From assembly GCA_002269645.1 (NCBI GenBank), contig NIVC01000812.1, forward strand, positions 1-64,000: 64,000 nt of DNA, read 5' to 3'. Numbering within the stretch: the stretch's first letter is position 1; every line of letters begins with the position of its first letter. The translations under genes and the position numbers were made by a program. The DNA comes from Macrostomum lignano (Eukaryota). Below are positions 50,657 through 62,900 of this stretch, piece by piece. The notes under the pieces were generated by a model, which was not told where the DNA came from, did no database searches, and worked only from the letters and a program-made list of their open reading frames with translations.

Positions 50657-51850
50657 CTATGCTCTCTGCTGCTGCTGCTGCTTCTGGAACGCCGCCCTCT
50701 TCTTGGCTGATTTTGCCGACCGCTGCAGCATCCACTCCTCCTGGCGGACCATCCTGAGCTGCCGGCCGACACTCTTCACCGAGTCTTTGAGCTCCTGCTG
50801 GCACCGCGCCGGCCCTCCGCTGCTGTCCAGCCTCTCGCTTCTGCTGCGCTGCATCCTCACTGAGCTCAGGCCGCCGCTGTCTTCCGTCTCATTCCCGTTG
50901 TCTCTGTTTCTGCCGCCTTCTCTGCTTCTGTTGTTGCTTTTTCTGCTTCGATTGCTTCCGGCTTTGACTCTTTGTTCCTCTCCTCTGCTGTCCGACTCCG
51001 AGCCCGAGTCTGATGTGGAGACTGAGTCTTTGTCCAGCCTGCCCTTGTCTTTGTCCAGCCAGCCATTGTCTTTGTCCAGCCAGCCGTTGTCTTTGTCCAG
51101 CCTGCCCTTGTCTTTGTCCAGCCAGCCGTTGTCTTTGTTCAGCCTGCCGTTGTCTTTGTTCAGCCTGCCCTTGTCTTTGTCCAGCCAGCCATTGTCTTTT
51201 TCCAGCCTGCCCTTGTCTTTGTCCAGCCTGCCCTTGTCTTTGTCCAGCCTGCCCTTGTCTTTGTCCAGCCTGCCCTTGTCTTTGTCCAGCCTGCCCTTGT
51301 CTTTGTCCAGCCTGCCCTTGTCTTTGTCCAGCCTGCCCTTGTCTTTGTCCAGCCTGCCCTTGTCTTTGTCCAAACTGCCCTTGTCTTTATTCTGCCTGCC
51401 GGCCTCTCCGCTTGGTTTTGGGTCCGCAGTGAGCCGGCGGTCTTTGTTCTGCTGTCGGCGGCCCTCTCGCCCAACACCCAAGCGGCCAGCGCGCAACCGG
51501 CCATCCGAGCACTCCAGGAACTCCTTAGACAGCCGGTTCAACAGCCGGAAACTAGCCGTCGGCCGCGCGTCCTCGACTGTCCGGCGCCTCCGCCGAGTCC
51601 GGGCAGCCGCCGAGTTTGCGCCGCTGGTGAGGAGCGGCGCCGGCGGCTGGTCCCGGAAGCTGATCACCTCGTAGCCGCCGATGGAGCGGATCGTCACGTC
51701 GCAAATCGAATGCGGCTGGCGACGCCGCCGGCCTGAAGGACTGCGGCGGCTGCCACCACTGCTGCCGCCGAACCACATGCTCATGCAGTACCAATAGAAG
51801 TTCCTCATCATGCCAGCCAGCCTCCACGAGAGAGTGCCTGGACCGGCCAT
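50657..51850 (-). CDS. Orphan 397-aa basic/charged protein with ~17 in-frame DKDKGRL-type heptads (21-bp repeat ~51028-51385)
   Basis: ATG-initiated single ORF, GC-rich non-repeat flanks; the repeat keeps the frame and has no flanking splice signals. Confidence 0.55.
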   Translation of the reverse strand: MAGPGTLSWRLAGMMRNFYWYCMSMWFGGSSGGSRRSPSGRRRRQPHSICDVTIRSIGGYEVISFRDQPPAPLLTSGANSAAARTRRRRRTVEDARPTASFRLLNRLSKEFLECSDGRLRAGRLGVGREGRRQQNKDRRLTADPKPSGEAGRQNKDKGSLDKDKGRLDKDKGRLDKDKGRLDKDKGRLDKDKGRLDKDKGRLDKDKGRLDKDKGRLEKDNGWLDKDKGRLNKDNGRLNKDNGWLDKDKGRLDKDNGWLDKDNGWLDKDKGRLDKDSVSTSDSGSESDSRGEEQRVKAGSNRSRKSNNRSREGGRNRDNGNETEDSGGLSSVRMQRSRSERLDSSGGPARCQQELKDSVKSVGRQLRMVRQEEWMLQRSAKSAKKRAAFQKQQQQQRA

Positions 51851-52039
51851 GCCTCCTCCGCGTCAATTGATAATTTATTGTAAATAAAAGTTCATGAAGA
51901 CTTCGCTTCGATCTCAGCATGCTGTTTGCATCCCGGTTTGGTGTTGCCGAGAATAGACTGCTCTATGGAAAAAGCTCTCATTAGTAGTATATACGCAAGT
52001 AGTGTAAGAGAAGCCTACCTTGTCTATCTTAGTGTCTTT

Positions 52040-52420
<381 letters not shown>

Positions 52421-52779
52421 CTCACTTTCAATTGCTTCGGATTTAAATATTTTTCACCATACTACTTTCAGTAGTACGGTAAGCAAAGAAAACTTATTAA
52501 AATAACATCTGTCGGCATTATGATTTTTGAGCCAGCTAATTATGGTATAAAAACTCAGAGGAAAATACGGTCGTAGAATCGACAGAATTTTTCGTATTCG
52601 ACTGTTTCACTTATTTTACACATTTAAACCTCTTTTTCGACTATAATTAAATTGATGCATAAAGTCCTGACATTCATTGGATTCAAGATGTGCAATTTCG
52701 CCAAGAATTTGGGTTGATACTATTGAGCCAAATATTTTTATTGCTGCCATATTTGTGCGTCTGACCGAAACTAGAGAGG

Positions 52780-52985
52780 GCTAGAAAACCAGGGAGCCAA
52801 TCAGAGGCTAGCCAGGGGTAGAAAAACTTGGGAGCCAATCAGAGTCTAGCCAGGGGTAGAAAAACTTGGGAGCCAATCAGAGTCTAGCCAGGGGTAGAAA
52901 AACTTGGGAGCCAATCAGAGGCTAGCCAGGGGTAGAAAAACTTGGAAGCCAATCAGAGGCTATCATGGGATAGAAAAACCGGGGG
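52780..52985. repeat. 38-bp minisatellite, five AGCCAATCAG boxes
   Basis: AGCCAATCAG at 52795, 52833, 52871, 52909, 52947. Confidence 0.9.
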
Positions 52986-53077
52986 AACCCAGTCAAGGGT
53001 AAAGAAATAGGGTTGGCGGACCTTTATTAAGTCAAGCTCTACATCCAGGGAATGTCTTCAATGAAAACAGACTGCGC

Positions 53078-56000
53078 TCAAAAGTCCGTGGTTCGATCGC
53101 TGCCGCTGCTGGTCGCATCGTCCGAAGTCAGACCGAAGCTGCTGCCGCCGCTGTCAAGAAGGTCTAGTCTTCGCCGGGACGAACCGGACGAGGCCGACGA
53201 AGCTGAGGAAGAAAATCCCGATTGCGAAGTCACGGACGCCTGCGCCAGTCGCTGCTGCAGCTGGCGAATCTCCTCGCCGAGGCGGCTTGTTAGGAGCTGC
53301 CGAGTCGATGACGATGCAGTCCCGGGCCCGCTGTCGGCGTCTGTTGCGTCGCTGCTGCGCTGCTCGTCTCCTGACTCTTCCCAGACAGTCGCCGCCTCCG
53401 CAGCCTCCTCTTCATTTGGCAGCTCCGGTATGCTTTCCAGCGATGGCCGAAGGTCGACCAGCTGTCGCAGGCTCTGGTGATAGGCCTGAATGCCTCGCCG
53501 CCTGTCCTCAGTGTGGCGGTACAGCTCCATCATCTGGCGCAGGTGCCACGGGCAGCAGGGCTCGTCGGACAGTTCGCCGGCGCTCCACGCGTCCTCCAGC
53601 TGCTTGCTGTCGGAGTCGCCTCTGTCGCTGCTCAGCGTTGAAGCATCGTCAGGCGTTGATGATCTCGACGGCGACAAGCGGCAGCCGACGCAGCGAGCCA
53701 GTGCGTCCAGCTCGGCCCTCAGCATCGCCTCCATGCCGGCCGGCGCCTTCAGGCTGCGCAGCCGGGCCAGGAGCTCCGCTGCAGCTGCGGCCGCGGGTTC
53801 GCGTGGCAGCTGCTGGACTTCTGGCACAGGAGCTTCTGGCGCCGCTGCCGGCGCTGTGGACGGCGGAGCTGGCGGCTGAGGCTGGGCTTCTGAGAGCTCC
53901 TCTGCATTTGCGCCGGTGGTGCCTGACTCATCATCAGATGAAGACATCTCGACTGCCATGCTCCACGAGACGGTCAAGCGGATGGCTTCGGGTCGCTCGG
54001 TTGGAGTGCTGGGCGCTTCGTCTTCTCTGTGACTTGCGCAGCTGGTTTTGTCGCTGCTGCTGCTGCTTCTATTGGTTCTGTTGCTTCTGCTACTTTTGCT
54101 GCTTTTGCAGCTTCTGCTGCTTTCAGTGTCGCAGGATGAGTCGCTGCTGAAGCTGTTTGAGTCGCTGCCCGCTACTGCTACGGAAAGTGACGTCATGCCT
54201 GGGGAATTCTGGAGAGGCTGATGCGTAGGCGGAGGCAGAGGAGGGGGCGGAGGAGGAGGCGGAGGCGGGGGCGAAGATAGGGGCGGAGGCGGGGGCGGAG
54301 ATGGGGGCGGAGGCGGGGGAAGATACGGAAGCGGGGGTGGAGGAGGGGGCGGAGGCGGAGGCGGAGGTGGAGCTGCTATTTGGGGCAGCCGCGCTGCCAG
54401 CGGTGAGACCGCAGCTGCGACAGTCTTCAGCGGCGGAGGTGGCCGCACAGGCAGCTCAGTGAAAGCCGGAAACGACACAATGGAGCCGTCGTCATCTCCC
54501 TCGTCTGATTGCAGGTCTTTGCAGTCTGGCCGCAGGTTGTCATCAAGCGTCGTCAGGGAATCACTGTCGTCATCGAACAGTAGCTGAGACTCGGACGCCA
54601 GCTGATCGTCCGGGCCATCAACGATCATGTTCCTGACCGCCTCCTCGAGCTGCAGCAGCTCGGCCAGCTGCTTTCGGCGCCTCGCCTCCGCTCTGGAGAC
54701 CGGCTTCTGCTGCGGGCCGCGGGCCGGCTTGGGGGCCGCAGGTTCCGGCGGCAGAACCCACCGACGCTGCGGAGCGGCCGCCCCCACCGCCAGCGTCTGC
54801 GGCCTTCGCTCGGTTGCGAGGCGCGTTGCTCGGCTGGGCGGTGGCTGCGTCCTGGGAGCGACTGGTTGCCGCTGCGAGCGCTTCTGCCGCTGCTGCTGTG
54901 GCTGCTGCTTCGGCGGGCAGCGCTTTGGCTTTGAACCCGCAGGCCGAGGAGGCGGCGGCTGCGGCGCCGGCATCGGCGGGGCAGCAGGGAGTCTTTTTTG
55001 GTTCGGCTGCTCAGCTGCGGTCCGCCTTGGATTGGCCGAGATGGGTGGGGTTTGGCGCGGGTGCTGCGGCGGCGGAGATGGCAGCTGGGGTGGCGCGGCG
55101 GCGGAGACTGACGAGGTCGCCGAAGAGGCGTCCTGAGAGTCAAGCAGGCTGGCCAAGAACGCCAGCCGGTTCGGCTCCGATGGCGTGGCCTGCCTGAACC
55201 AGCCGCTGAAAGTCGCCACCACGACCTCCGACTGCCTCTGCTGACCTGGCCGGGGTTGCCGCTGCTCCGCCGCCTCCTCCTCCTCGGCTTCACCGGCGGA
55301 GGACTCAGCAGACGGGGAGTCTCCATCCATCGACATTGCAGAGGTCGCCGGCGTCGGCATCGGCGGTGTCGGCGGCGGTGTCGGAGTTTGCGACCGCAGC
55401 ATCGGCCTCGACGACGCCGGGGTTGGCGGCAGGCTGCGGCTGCGGCCTCGCTTGCTGTCGCCGGCGCAGCGGCCCCGAGACCGGGAGCGGCGGCCGACCC
55501 GCTTGAGGAAGCTGCGGAAGAAGCGGAACGGTCGGCTGCCAGCGCTCTCTCGGCTGCCCAGGGTGGCGCCGGTGGCACCGTCGGCAGCGTCTCCGCCCGG
55601 GCAGCAGCGAATCTCCGGCGGGGCGGCTGCCCTGCAAACGGGAAGGCGCGGCCAGCGGCGCAGATGCGCGTGGCTGCGGGGCGGGCGCCGCTTCTGCGCC
55701 GAACTGGGCGGGCTGACGGAAGTCAGCGGCGTCTCCAGCTGCACAACGCAGGCAGTCGCTGGCGGGCCCTGCGGCCGAGGCGGCGGTGGGGCTGAAGAAG
55801 GTTGCGGCGTTTCAGGCATCGGAGTCGGTCGGCTGTGGGTCGCTGCCGCCCGCTCTTTGAATGGGCAGCCGCCGCTGATGTCGCCGCTCGGTGCAGCGCT
55901 CGGCCGTCGACCTGCAACTGTCCCCGACACTGTCCCCGGCCGCTGCTGCAGCTGGGCCGCCTGCGGCCGGAAAGCCTTGGCCAGGTTCAGCCGGCCGAAG

Positions 56001-56245
56001 ATGATGCCAGGGACGGCGGCGGGCGCGGGGCTGTCGGCCCGCCGACTGGCAGCGGTGACCCGGACTCGCTGGCGGCCGCCCGTCGCCGAAGAAGCCGAGT
56101 CATCCGCTGCTGCCCAGCCTCGGCTGCTGCCGTATGCAGGACGCATGGCTGATGCTTTGACGAGACTTCCGCGTGTTTTTGCTGAACAAAATGCACTTGC
56201 GAAGTGCACAATCTCTGTGTCAGCAGCCACCTTGCACGTGTCAGG
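53078..56245 (-). CDS. ~1050-aa proline/serine-rich orphan protein, one long exon opening at a TAG acceptor (no ATG at its 5' end)
   Basis: Uninterrupted 3.1-kb GC-rich ORF; poly-P tract; C-terminal CCPWHLRQMMELY...LVDLRPSLESIPE and predicted coiled segments; ttaaattag|CCT GAC ACG TGC AAG GTG is in frame. Confidence 0.7.
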   Translation of the reverse strand, partial: PDTCKVAADTEIVHFASAFCSAKTRGSLVKASAMRPAYGSSRGWAAADDSASSATGGRQRVRVTAASRRADSPAPAAVPGIIFGRLNLAKAFRPQAAQLQQRPGTVSGTVAGRRPSAAPSGDISGGCPFKERAAATHSRPTPMPETPQPSSAPPPPRPQGPPATACVVQLETPLTSVSPPSSAQKRRPPRSHAHLRRWPRLPVCRAAAPPEIRCCPGGDAADGATGATLGSRESAGSRPFRFFRSFLKRVGRRSRSRGRCAGDSKRGRSRSLPPTPASSRPMLRSQTPTPPPTPPMPTPATSAMSMDGDSPSAESSAGEAEEEEAAEQRQPRPGQQRQSEVVVATFSGWFRQATPSEPNRLAFLASLLDSQDASSATSSVSAAAPPQLPSPPPQHPRQTPPISANPRRTAAEQPNQKRLPAAPPMPAPQPPPPRPAGSKPKRCPPKQQPQQQRQKRSQRQPVAPRTQPPPSRATRLATERRPQTLAVGAAAPQRRWVLPPEPAAPKPARGPQQKPVSRAEARRRKQLAELLQLEEAVRNMIVDGPDDQLASESQLLFDDDSDSLTTLDDNLRPDCKDLQSDEGDDDGSIVSFPAFTELPVRPPPPLKTVAAAVSPLAARLPQIAAPPPPPPPPPPPPPLPYLPPPPPPSPPPPPPLSSPPPPPPPPPPPLPPPTHQPLQNSPGMTSLSVAVAGSDSNSFSSDSSCDTESSRSCKSSKSSRSNRTNRSSSSSDKTSCASHREDEAPSTPTERPEAIRLTVSWSMAVEMSSSDDESGTTGANAEELSEAQPQPPAPPSTAPAAAPEAPVPEVQQLPREPAAAAAAELLARLRSLKAPAGMEAMLRAELDALARCVGCRLSPSRSSTPDDASTLSSDRGDSDSKQLEDAWSAGELSDEPCCPWHLRQMMELYRHTEDRRRGIQAYHQSLRQLVDLRPSLESIPELPNEEEAAEAATVWEESGDEQRSSDATDADSGPGTASSSTRQLLTSRLGEEIRQLQQRLAQASVTSQSGFSSSASSASSGSSRRRLDLLDSGGSSFGLTSDDATSSGSDRTTDF

Positions 56246-56814
56246 CTAATTTAATGCACGCGATTCGTACCATAGACTTAAGCTGTTTGGCACTTTGCAA
56301 CTGAACTGTGGCCGCTGAGTTCAGTAGTTTGAACGCGTATTATTGGATATTTTAGCCCTCAAGAATTTTGCGTCTTTGCCTACATGCAACTTTCACAGTC
56401 AGTGAGAGTATGCGAGAGCCTTAGAGAACCCTACGAGGTCATGTGCCCGCAAAATGCAACTATCTATTCGTGAGTGCATTAACCATTCCAATGGTTTTCT
56501 GTTACTAGGCTATAGTATCAAAGTGACCAGCGCTACTACTGCATTCTATTGCCATGCAGCTGAAAGGCTGGAATTCTTCAGCAAAATGCAGCAGTTCGGC
56601 TTCACCTCGATACTCTCTGGTATTCACACGTGATTAAACTAAAATAGCTTGTATTACTGGGCTCTCGCCGTGCCTGCAACTCCGCTGCAGCTGCGATGCT
56701 TGCTAAACAAATCTTTTAAAACTTCACTTTTTTAAGACAGCTGCTTACTTGAAACTGACAGAAGTGACAGAGGATTGCAATAATGGAAGAGTTGTGAGCA
56801 TGTCTAAAATTGAA

Positions 56815-57305
56815 ATGTGTGACAGAAACGCAGGCGAGAGTGTGACAGAAATGCTGACGACAGTGTGACAGAAATAAAGGCGAGAGTGTGACAGAAATAA
56901 AGGCGAGAGTGTGACAGAGATGCAGGCGAGAGTGTGACAGAAATGCAGGCGAGAGTGTGACAGAAATGCAGGCGAGAGTGTGACAGAAATGCAGGCGATA
57001 GTGTGACAGAGATGAAGACGACAGTGTGACAGAAATGCAGGCGAGAGTGTGACAGAGATGAAGACAAGAGTGTGACAGAAATGCAGGCGAGAGTGTGATA
57101 GAAATGCAGGCGATAGTGTGACAGAGATGAAGACGACAGTGTGACAGAAATGCAGGCGAGAGTGTGACAGAAATGCAGGCGAGAGTGTGATAGAAATGCA
57201 GGCGAGAGTGTGACAGAAATGCAGGCGAGAGTGTGATAGAAATGCAGGCGAGAGTGTGACAGAAATGCAGGCGAGAGTGTGATAGAAATGCAGGCTAGAA
57301 TGACA
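56815..57305. repeat. 23-bp minisatellite (GCAGGCGAGAGTGTGACAGAAAT)
   Basis: Direct inspection. Confidence 0.92.
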
Positions 57306-57965
57306 GAAATTTAAATACCAAAACCAGCAAAAGATCCGAATGCGTGGGAGCAGTAAAAATTTGCTTTCTTGCTTCATTGAAAATACGAGTTGAGTCTGCA
57401 ACTCAAATTGAGTGTAACTCGCTGGGCTCACGCAGCTCGAAGACCGGCAAAAGCCGGCAGAAATTCTTTAGGCATTACTCGCAGCTTTTGTGAGTGAAAA
57501 AGCCAGCCAGTCTCTCGCCAAATTTATACCCCCCCTCCGCTTTCTTTTGCGTCTTTCCACATTTTTGCGTCTAAATACAGCTTGTGGCCCCATTTTGGCC
57601 CCGAGACAGCACATTTTGACCTGAGCTGCCCTCTCCATGCGTTGTCTATTCATTGCTTTTTCTTCTCGTTTTTTACGCTAGAGTGAGCGAAGAAGAGGGG
57701 AGCAGTTTGCGGGTGAAGTGGAAGTCTGTTTACAACTCGGAGTAGCACAGCTGACTACAATTGGCTTCGTAAACAGTCTGGAATCTCTGTCTAAGATCTT
57801 CGCATTTGCAACAGGTTTTTATTAGCTCTGCCTAGGAAAATATTTTCGACCTCAGAACTCCTAAAAATAGGTAGCTCAGACACGATTGAAGGAAGTTTGG
57901 CCAAGTTGCGTTTTGGGGTAATAAGCTAAGCTAAATACAGCTATTATCCGCGACGGGGAGAGGAA

Positions 57966-58018
57966 ATCACGTGATCTGGGGTGCGCGAGCTTGGCCCGTC
58001 ACGTGACCAGCTATAAAA
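57966..58018 (+). promoter_or_regulatory. Candidate core promoter: two palindromic E-boxes plus TATAAAA
   Basis: ATCACGTGAT (57966), GTCACGTGAC (57998), TATAAAA (58012). Confidence 0.3.
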
Positions 58019-59927
58019 TTAGATGCAGAGTAATATTCGAGCAACTTCTAATATTAGAACAGGCACGTCCTTGAGGCTAGAGATAACAAGAACCGGCCTC
58101 AATCTTTAACCATTACGAATTTACTGTAAAGAAAGCAGGTGGCTCTCTGACTGGTCCCTCAAAGTCTAGTATTTTCCTCCGCCAAAGCAATAAAACGGGA
58201 TGTCAAGCTATAAGTCTGGGAAAGAAATACGGGGTTTGCCACGCAATTTTGTTATGTTCAGCTGTTTCCAAGTATTTTTAATGTCCTTCCGTATCTCGCT
58301 AACCCGTTGAAATTTCCTGTAGGTTCAAATCGTTGAAATTTTTGCACACAGTTTAAAGTTTATCTGGTTTATCTCAACTTACCGATGTTCTTCAAATTGT
58401 ACCAGTCCCTGAACGGCTCTTTCTATAGAAGGAAGGTTATGATAAGCGCAATTTTTTTAGAAAGAAACCGTTTGAAGAACGGAAGTGAATTCTGCATGTT
58501 TCCGGACCTGGATCCAGACATTGGCCCGTATGAATAAAAAGAGTAATTGCTCGGGAGAAATTTCTTTTTGTAGAGAAGCATGTGAAGAAACTCAGGAGAA
58601 GACACTCTTAACTTGCTCTATTTGTTGTTTTCAAGTCTCAACAAAGACGGATTAACAATCGGCAGGCAGCAAAGTACAAAAATGTTGAGTAAGCCACCGA
58701 GGCGGTGAGAAAAACTAGGCAAGCCCAGCAAACATGGCCCAAACTGCCTCATGGGTATCTCAGGCGTGGAACCCGAAACCAGATCTGGCAGGTTGTCGGT
58801 GTTCCCTATCTCCCCTGCTCCCGCTAAAAGAGTTTCTGCCTTCCCAGCTGAGGCTGAGGGAGGCTGCCGGCTGCATAGATGAGGATGGTGAGGAGCTCAT
58901 TAGGAAGCCAAGTGAAGGGATTAATCAGTGGACTCCACGTCATAACTTTCGCTTTCTCAAGGGCCCGCTAATCATCGGATGCAATCCGTCTAATGACCTG
59001 TTTGAGCAGTTGTGCTCAATATTTGCCAGTCAAGTAATCTCTCATACTTTGTTCTAAGGACAGTTAAAATGAAATAACAACTCAGATTAGTACTGTGCTG
59101 TGTAGGTGTAGCTCAGTACGAGCTATATTTCAGTTGCTGAGCGAAATCCATCATAGTGCGCAGTGCAGTGGCAATGTGTTCTCGAATCGTTCTGTGGTAA
59201 AACCGGGGACAGCAAGGAGATCGCTCTGCAGCGTGCTTGGACCTAAATAGTTTCAGTTACTAATCTAAGACAATCCTGAAACCCATAAAATTGAGTTGCT
59301 GACCGAATACACCGCTCGAGTCGATGCATTAATTACAGGTGCGTGTGGATTTGTTAGAATAAAAATAGTAGCTTAGGCGCCCTTCACAGATTCCAAACAG
59401 ATGCGCATTATGTACATGAGCAAATCGGCGAGCAGCTGTGAAACCAAAATCAACTAAAAAGAGGTAAATGTTAGGCATATGTATATAGTTATCTGTTACC
59501 GCGCTTGCATTGAGTCGCATTGAGATTGAGACTGTTCTGTAGTCAACAGAGGCATACGAGCTACAAGAAGTATGAAGCGGACGAACGAGCTTACAGAGCA
59601 CTAAAGTAAGTACAAGACGAGGCGCGGCAGTGTGACCTAAAACTAAAATAAACAGCCTTACCCAAAAATTCTGTGATTGCTATGATGCTACAGAGGCACA
59701 GGCATCCGCTATTCAGTAAGCTATATGTATTGTTTAGCGAAATGTGTCTTATAGCCAGTCATGCCAGTAAAATTTCTGTGGTATTTCGCCGACCAGTCTT
59801 CCGAATTCATCTCTCCGGAGACAGCCGGCGCGGTCGAGATGTAACAGAAGGAGGCAAGACTGTGGATAAAAACAGCGGCGGTAGACAGTTCGCTTTCTCT
59901 ACTTAAAAATTCTCGGCCAGAGACTGC

Positions 59928-62900
59928 TCAGGCCACCGTGTCCTGCTGCTTCTTCTCGATGCGGTCAGCCTTCAGCAGCGACATGTTTGACGACATCGGC
60001 TTGGCGTCCGGCCCGCCGTCCTCGATCACCTGGGCGTCGTTGGCGCCGCGGCACAGCCGGGTAAAGGCCAGGTCGTTGGCGATGTCATCAAAGCTGCGGT
60101 TCTTCGTCTCCGGCATGCAGACGAAGAAGAAGATCCAGAAGGGCACGACCACGCTCAGGTAGATGAGGAACACGTAGCCCTGGATGGCCAAGTTCAGGTT
60201 GACGAAAGTGGTGGACACGATCAGGTTGGAGATCCACTGGACGCCCTGGCTAAGCGAGTAGGCGGCGCTCCGCGGCTCCTGACGGAAGACCTCGGCAACG
60301 ATGAAGCCGGGATGGTGCCCAGGCCGAAGGCGAAGCCAGCGATGTACACGAAGATGAAAAACATGAAGACGATGGAGAAGTTGCGCTTGACGTCGGGTGA
60401 TTGAGTCTCCGAGACCACCACGGCGCTGGCGCAGAGGACCACCAGGCTGACTGCCAGGAAAACGGACGGCACCAGCAGGAGGGTCCTGCGGCCGAATTTC
60501 TCCAGCAGAGGCAGCGAGGCCACGGTGCACACAACGTTGAAGAAGCTGAAGCCGAGGTTCACGTAGGGCACGTAGTCGCTATGGATGCCGGAGGTCTCCA
60601 TCATGGTTGAGGAGTAGCTCATTACCTGCGAGCCGAAGCGGGAGGTGCGACAGGTGCAAGTCTTGACCCTGTTTAGATCCGGGTTCCATATCCGATTCGG
60701 GCCCCAGTAAACAGGGAATTAGCATTTGATTAATTATGCATTTATGGTTGCATTGAGCGCGGGAGTTTTCCAGAACGCTCCGGATCGAGAGAAATTGGAG
60801 AGAATAATAGTTCACCCTCGGTTCCCAAGGGGGCGGGGGGAATAGACTCCTTGTCTGCAGTCGGGCAATAGGGAGGCCAGAACACAGACCCGCTGCCTTG
60901 ACTACAACAAGACTAAAGCGTCTAAACTGCGCTGACAATGCACTGCGGAGTGGGGCAGTTTACTGGAGGTAGTAAAAAACTTGAGAGAGAAGCGGCAGTT
61001 GCCATGCAGTGCTCTAGGGTTTAGTCAATGCGAGATACAGCTCAGGGCCGCAGCTGCTAGGGGACTGGGGGAGGGGGGCTCAAATTCAGCAGGGGATTTC
61101 AATAGACTCAGGGCATGCCGGGGTGCGGAATGAGTGCGAGAGTGTTAGTGACTGGGAGGGCAAGGCAGCGCCTTCCTTCCCTGCTCTCCCTTGCAGCTTG
61201 TTCCCCAACCTCTGTGTTGCCGTTGTCATGGAAACCATCCACTCTAGCCTCAATCCCCCAGGCTAAGAAATCCTCAAAGCTCCACCCACGTAGCCCCCGC
61301 CCCCCGCCTCTGCCCCGCTCCCCAAACAGACGGCAACAACACGGCCTCGGTGAGGACGAGGTTCCCTCTCAGTGGGGCGCAGCTTTGCAATAGAAAAGTG
61401 CACGCAACAGAAGGAGGCTGAGAGCCACGCCCCCATCAATCGATGGCTAAGGGTGAGCAGGTGACAGAGCCTGCTCAAGCTGTCCATCTGCTTCAGCTGC
61501 CAGCGGGGAGTCTAGCGGCAGCCTGGTCACCTGACAGCCATTTAATTATCTGTGCGCACATCGTCGGTGCTCATTAGGCAGGCAGTTTACTGCTCATTAT
61601 TGTCTTGAGCTAGCGGGCCTGAGAACTTGTCACGCTCTTAGACACCCCCGCTGGGAGCAGTTCAAACTGGTCAGACGCCTAATTGACGTCAGCCAGCCAG
61701 GTGCTTCATCGTGTCTTAATTGATTACGAAAAAGTCCGTTTCTACCTATCTGTCTGCCATTTAGTCCGGAGCCAACCGAGAGAGACCAACAGTTTTGCTC
61801 GGGGCGACAGCTGCTGAGACAGCTGCTGGCGGCCGGATCTGCTTCGGCCAGGGGGGGGGGTGATTTTTTCTACCTCGCAAAAATCTCTACGATTGTGTGC
61901 ACAGATTTCGTCAGCATGCATGCAGTAAAAGTGCCAGCTCCAGAAATAGCAGCGGAAACTATTCACCAATTCCCCAAAGCTGCTAGCAGCCGGGGGGGGG
62001 GAAGTCAGTCAAAGCATTCAGCTGACGGTCAGTTCGCGGGGCGCCAAAACTGAAGATTGCATTGGGAAAGCATTGCGGTGCTGGGCTGGTCTTCTATTTG
62101 AAGACTAGCAGCTGGTCCAGCCAACCAGACCCCGCTAATGAGGGCCGACCGTATGACGTCAGCAGCTTTCGGGTTCGGGGGGGGGTTGCCTTGGCAACTC
62201 TAATGGACAAATAATTGAGCGCAGGTAAAAAAGGATTTGATTGGCACAGCTGGCCAAACGACTGTCCAAACCCTGGAGCGGAAAACTGCAGTTCTGACGG
62301 GCTCCGGGTGAGTCTCGAATCCCTTTGATGGAGGAATTCTTCACGGATGGCGCGTGCTGGCTCTCTGCTAAGCCCAATAAATAAATTGACTCTCGGGTCG
62401 GTCCGATTGCTTTAATTGACCTATTTACGACGACAATTTCGTCCTTCAACCGACCCTCAAGTCAGGGTTCTCTGGGAAATAGCATGTTCCAGAGAATTCG
62501 CATCGTGTCTCATTTAGTCGACATTTTCCCTGACGGGTCCTCAGGGGTCCTTGGTTCGAACTCCTCGGTACAAGAGTTTCCCATTGGCATTAATAAATCA
62601 TCTCATGATTGGCTGCTCACAGCATTGATGCCGCTCAGCTGCTGCATGATCTGGATTCCCACGGCGATGGCGACTGGCATGCGCAGGTCAGCCTGGGTGA
62701 ACAGCTGGACAAAGTGGAACTTCTTGGCCGGAGCCGCCGCAGCCATGGGGACGTCGTCAGCGTCGTCCTTGACAGCGCACTCGCCAGCGGAGCAGGTGCC
62801 CTGCATCTCCTGGCGCATTTCCTCGATGTAATCCTCGGGATTATCGCCCGGGTATAGCCGCTCCAAGGCCTTCTTGGCGTCCTCAATGCGGCCCTTGTTC

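Noticed and set aside
54200-54380. Formin FH1/FH2 or WASP-family assignment for the 1050-aa ORF
   Set aside because: Poly-Pro is present but no FH2 or WH2/acidic motif is recognisable.
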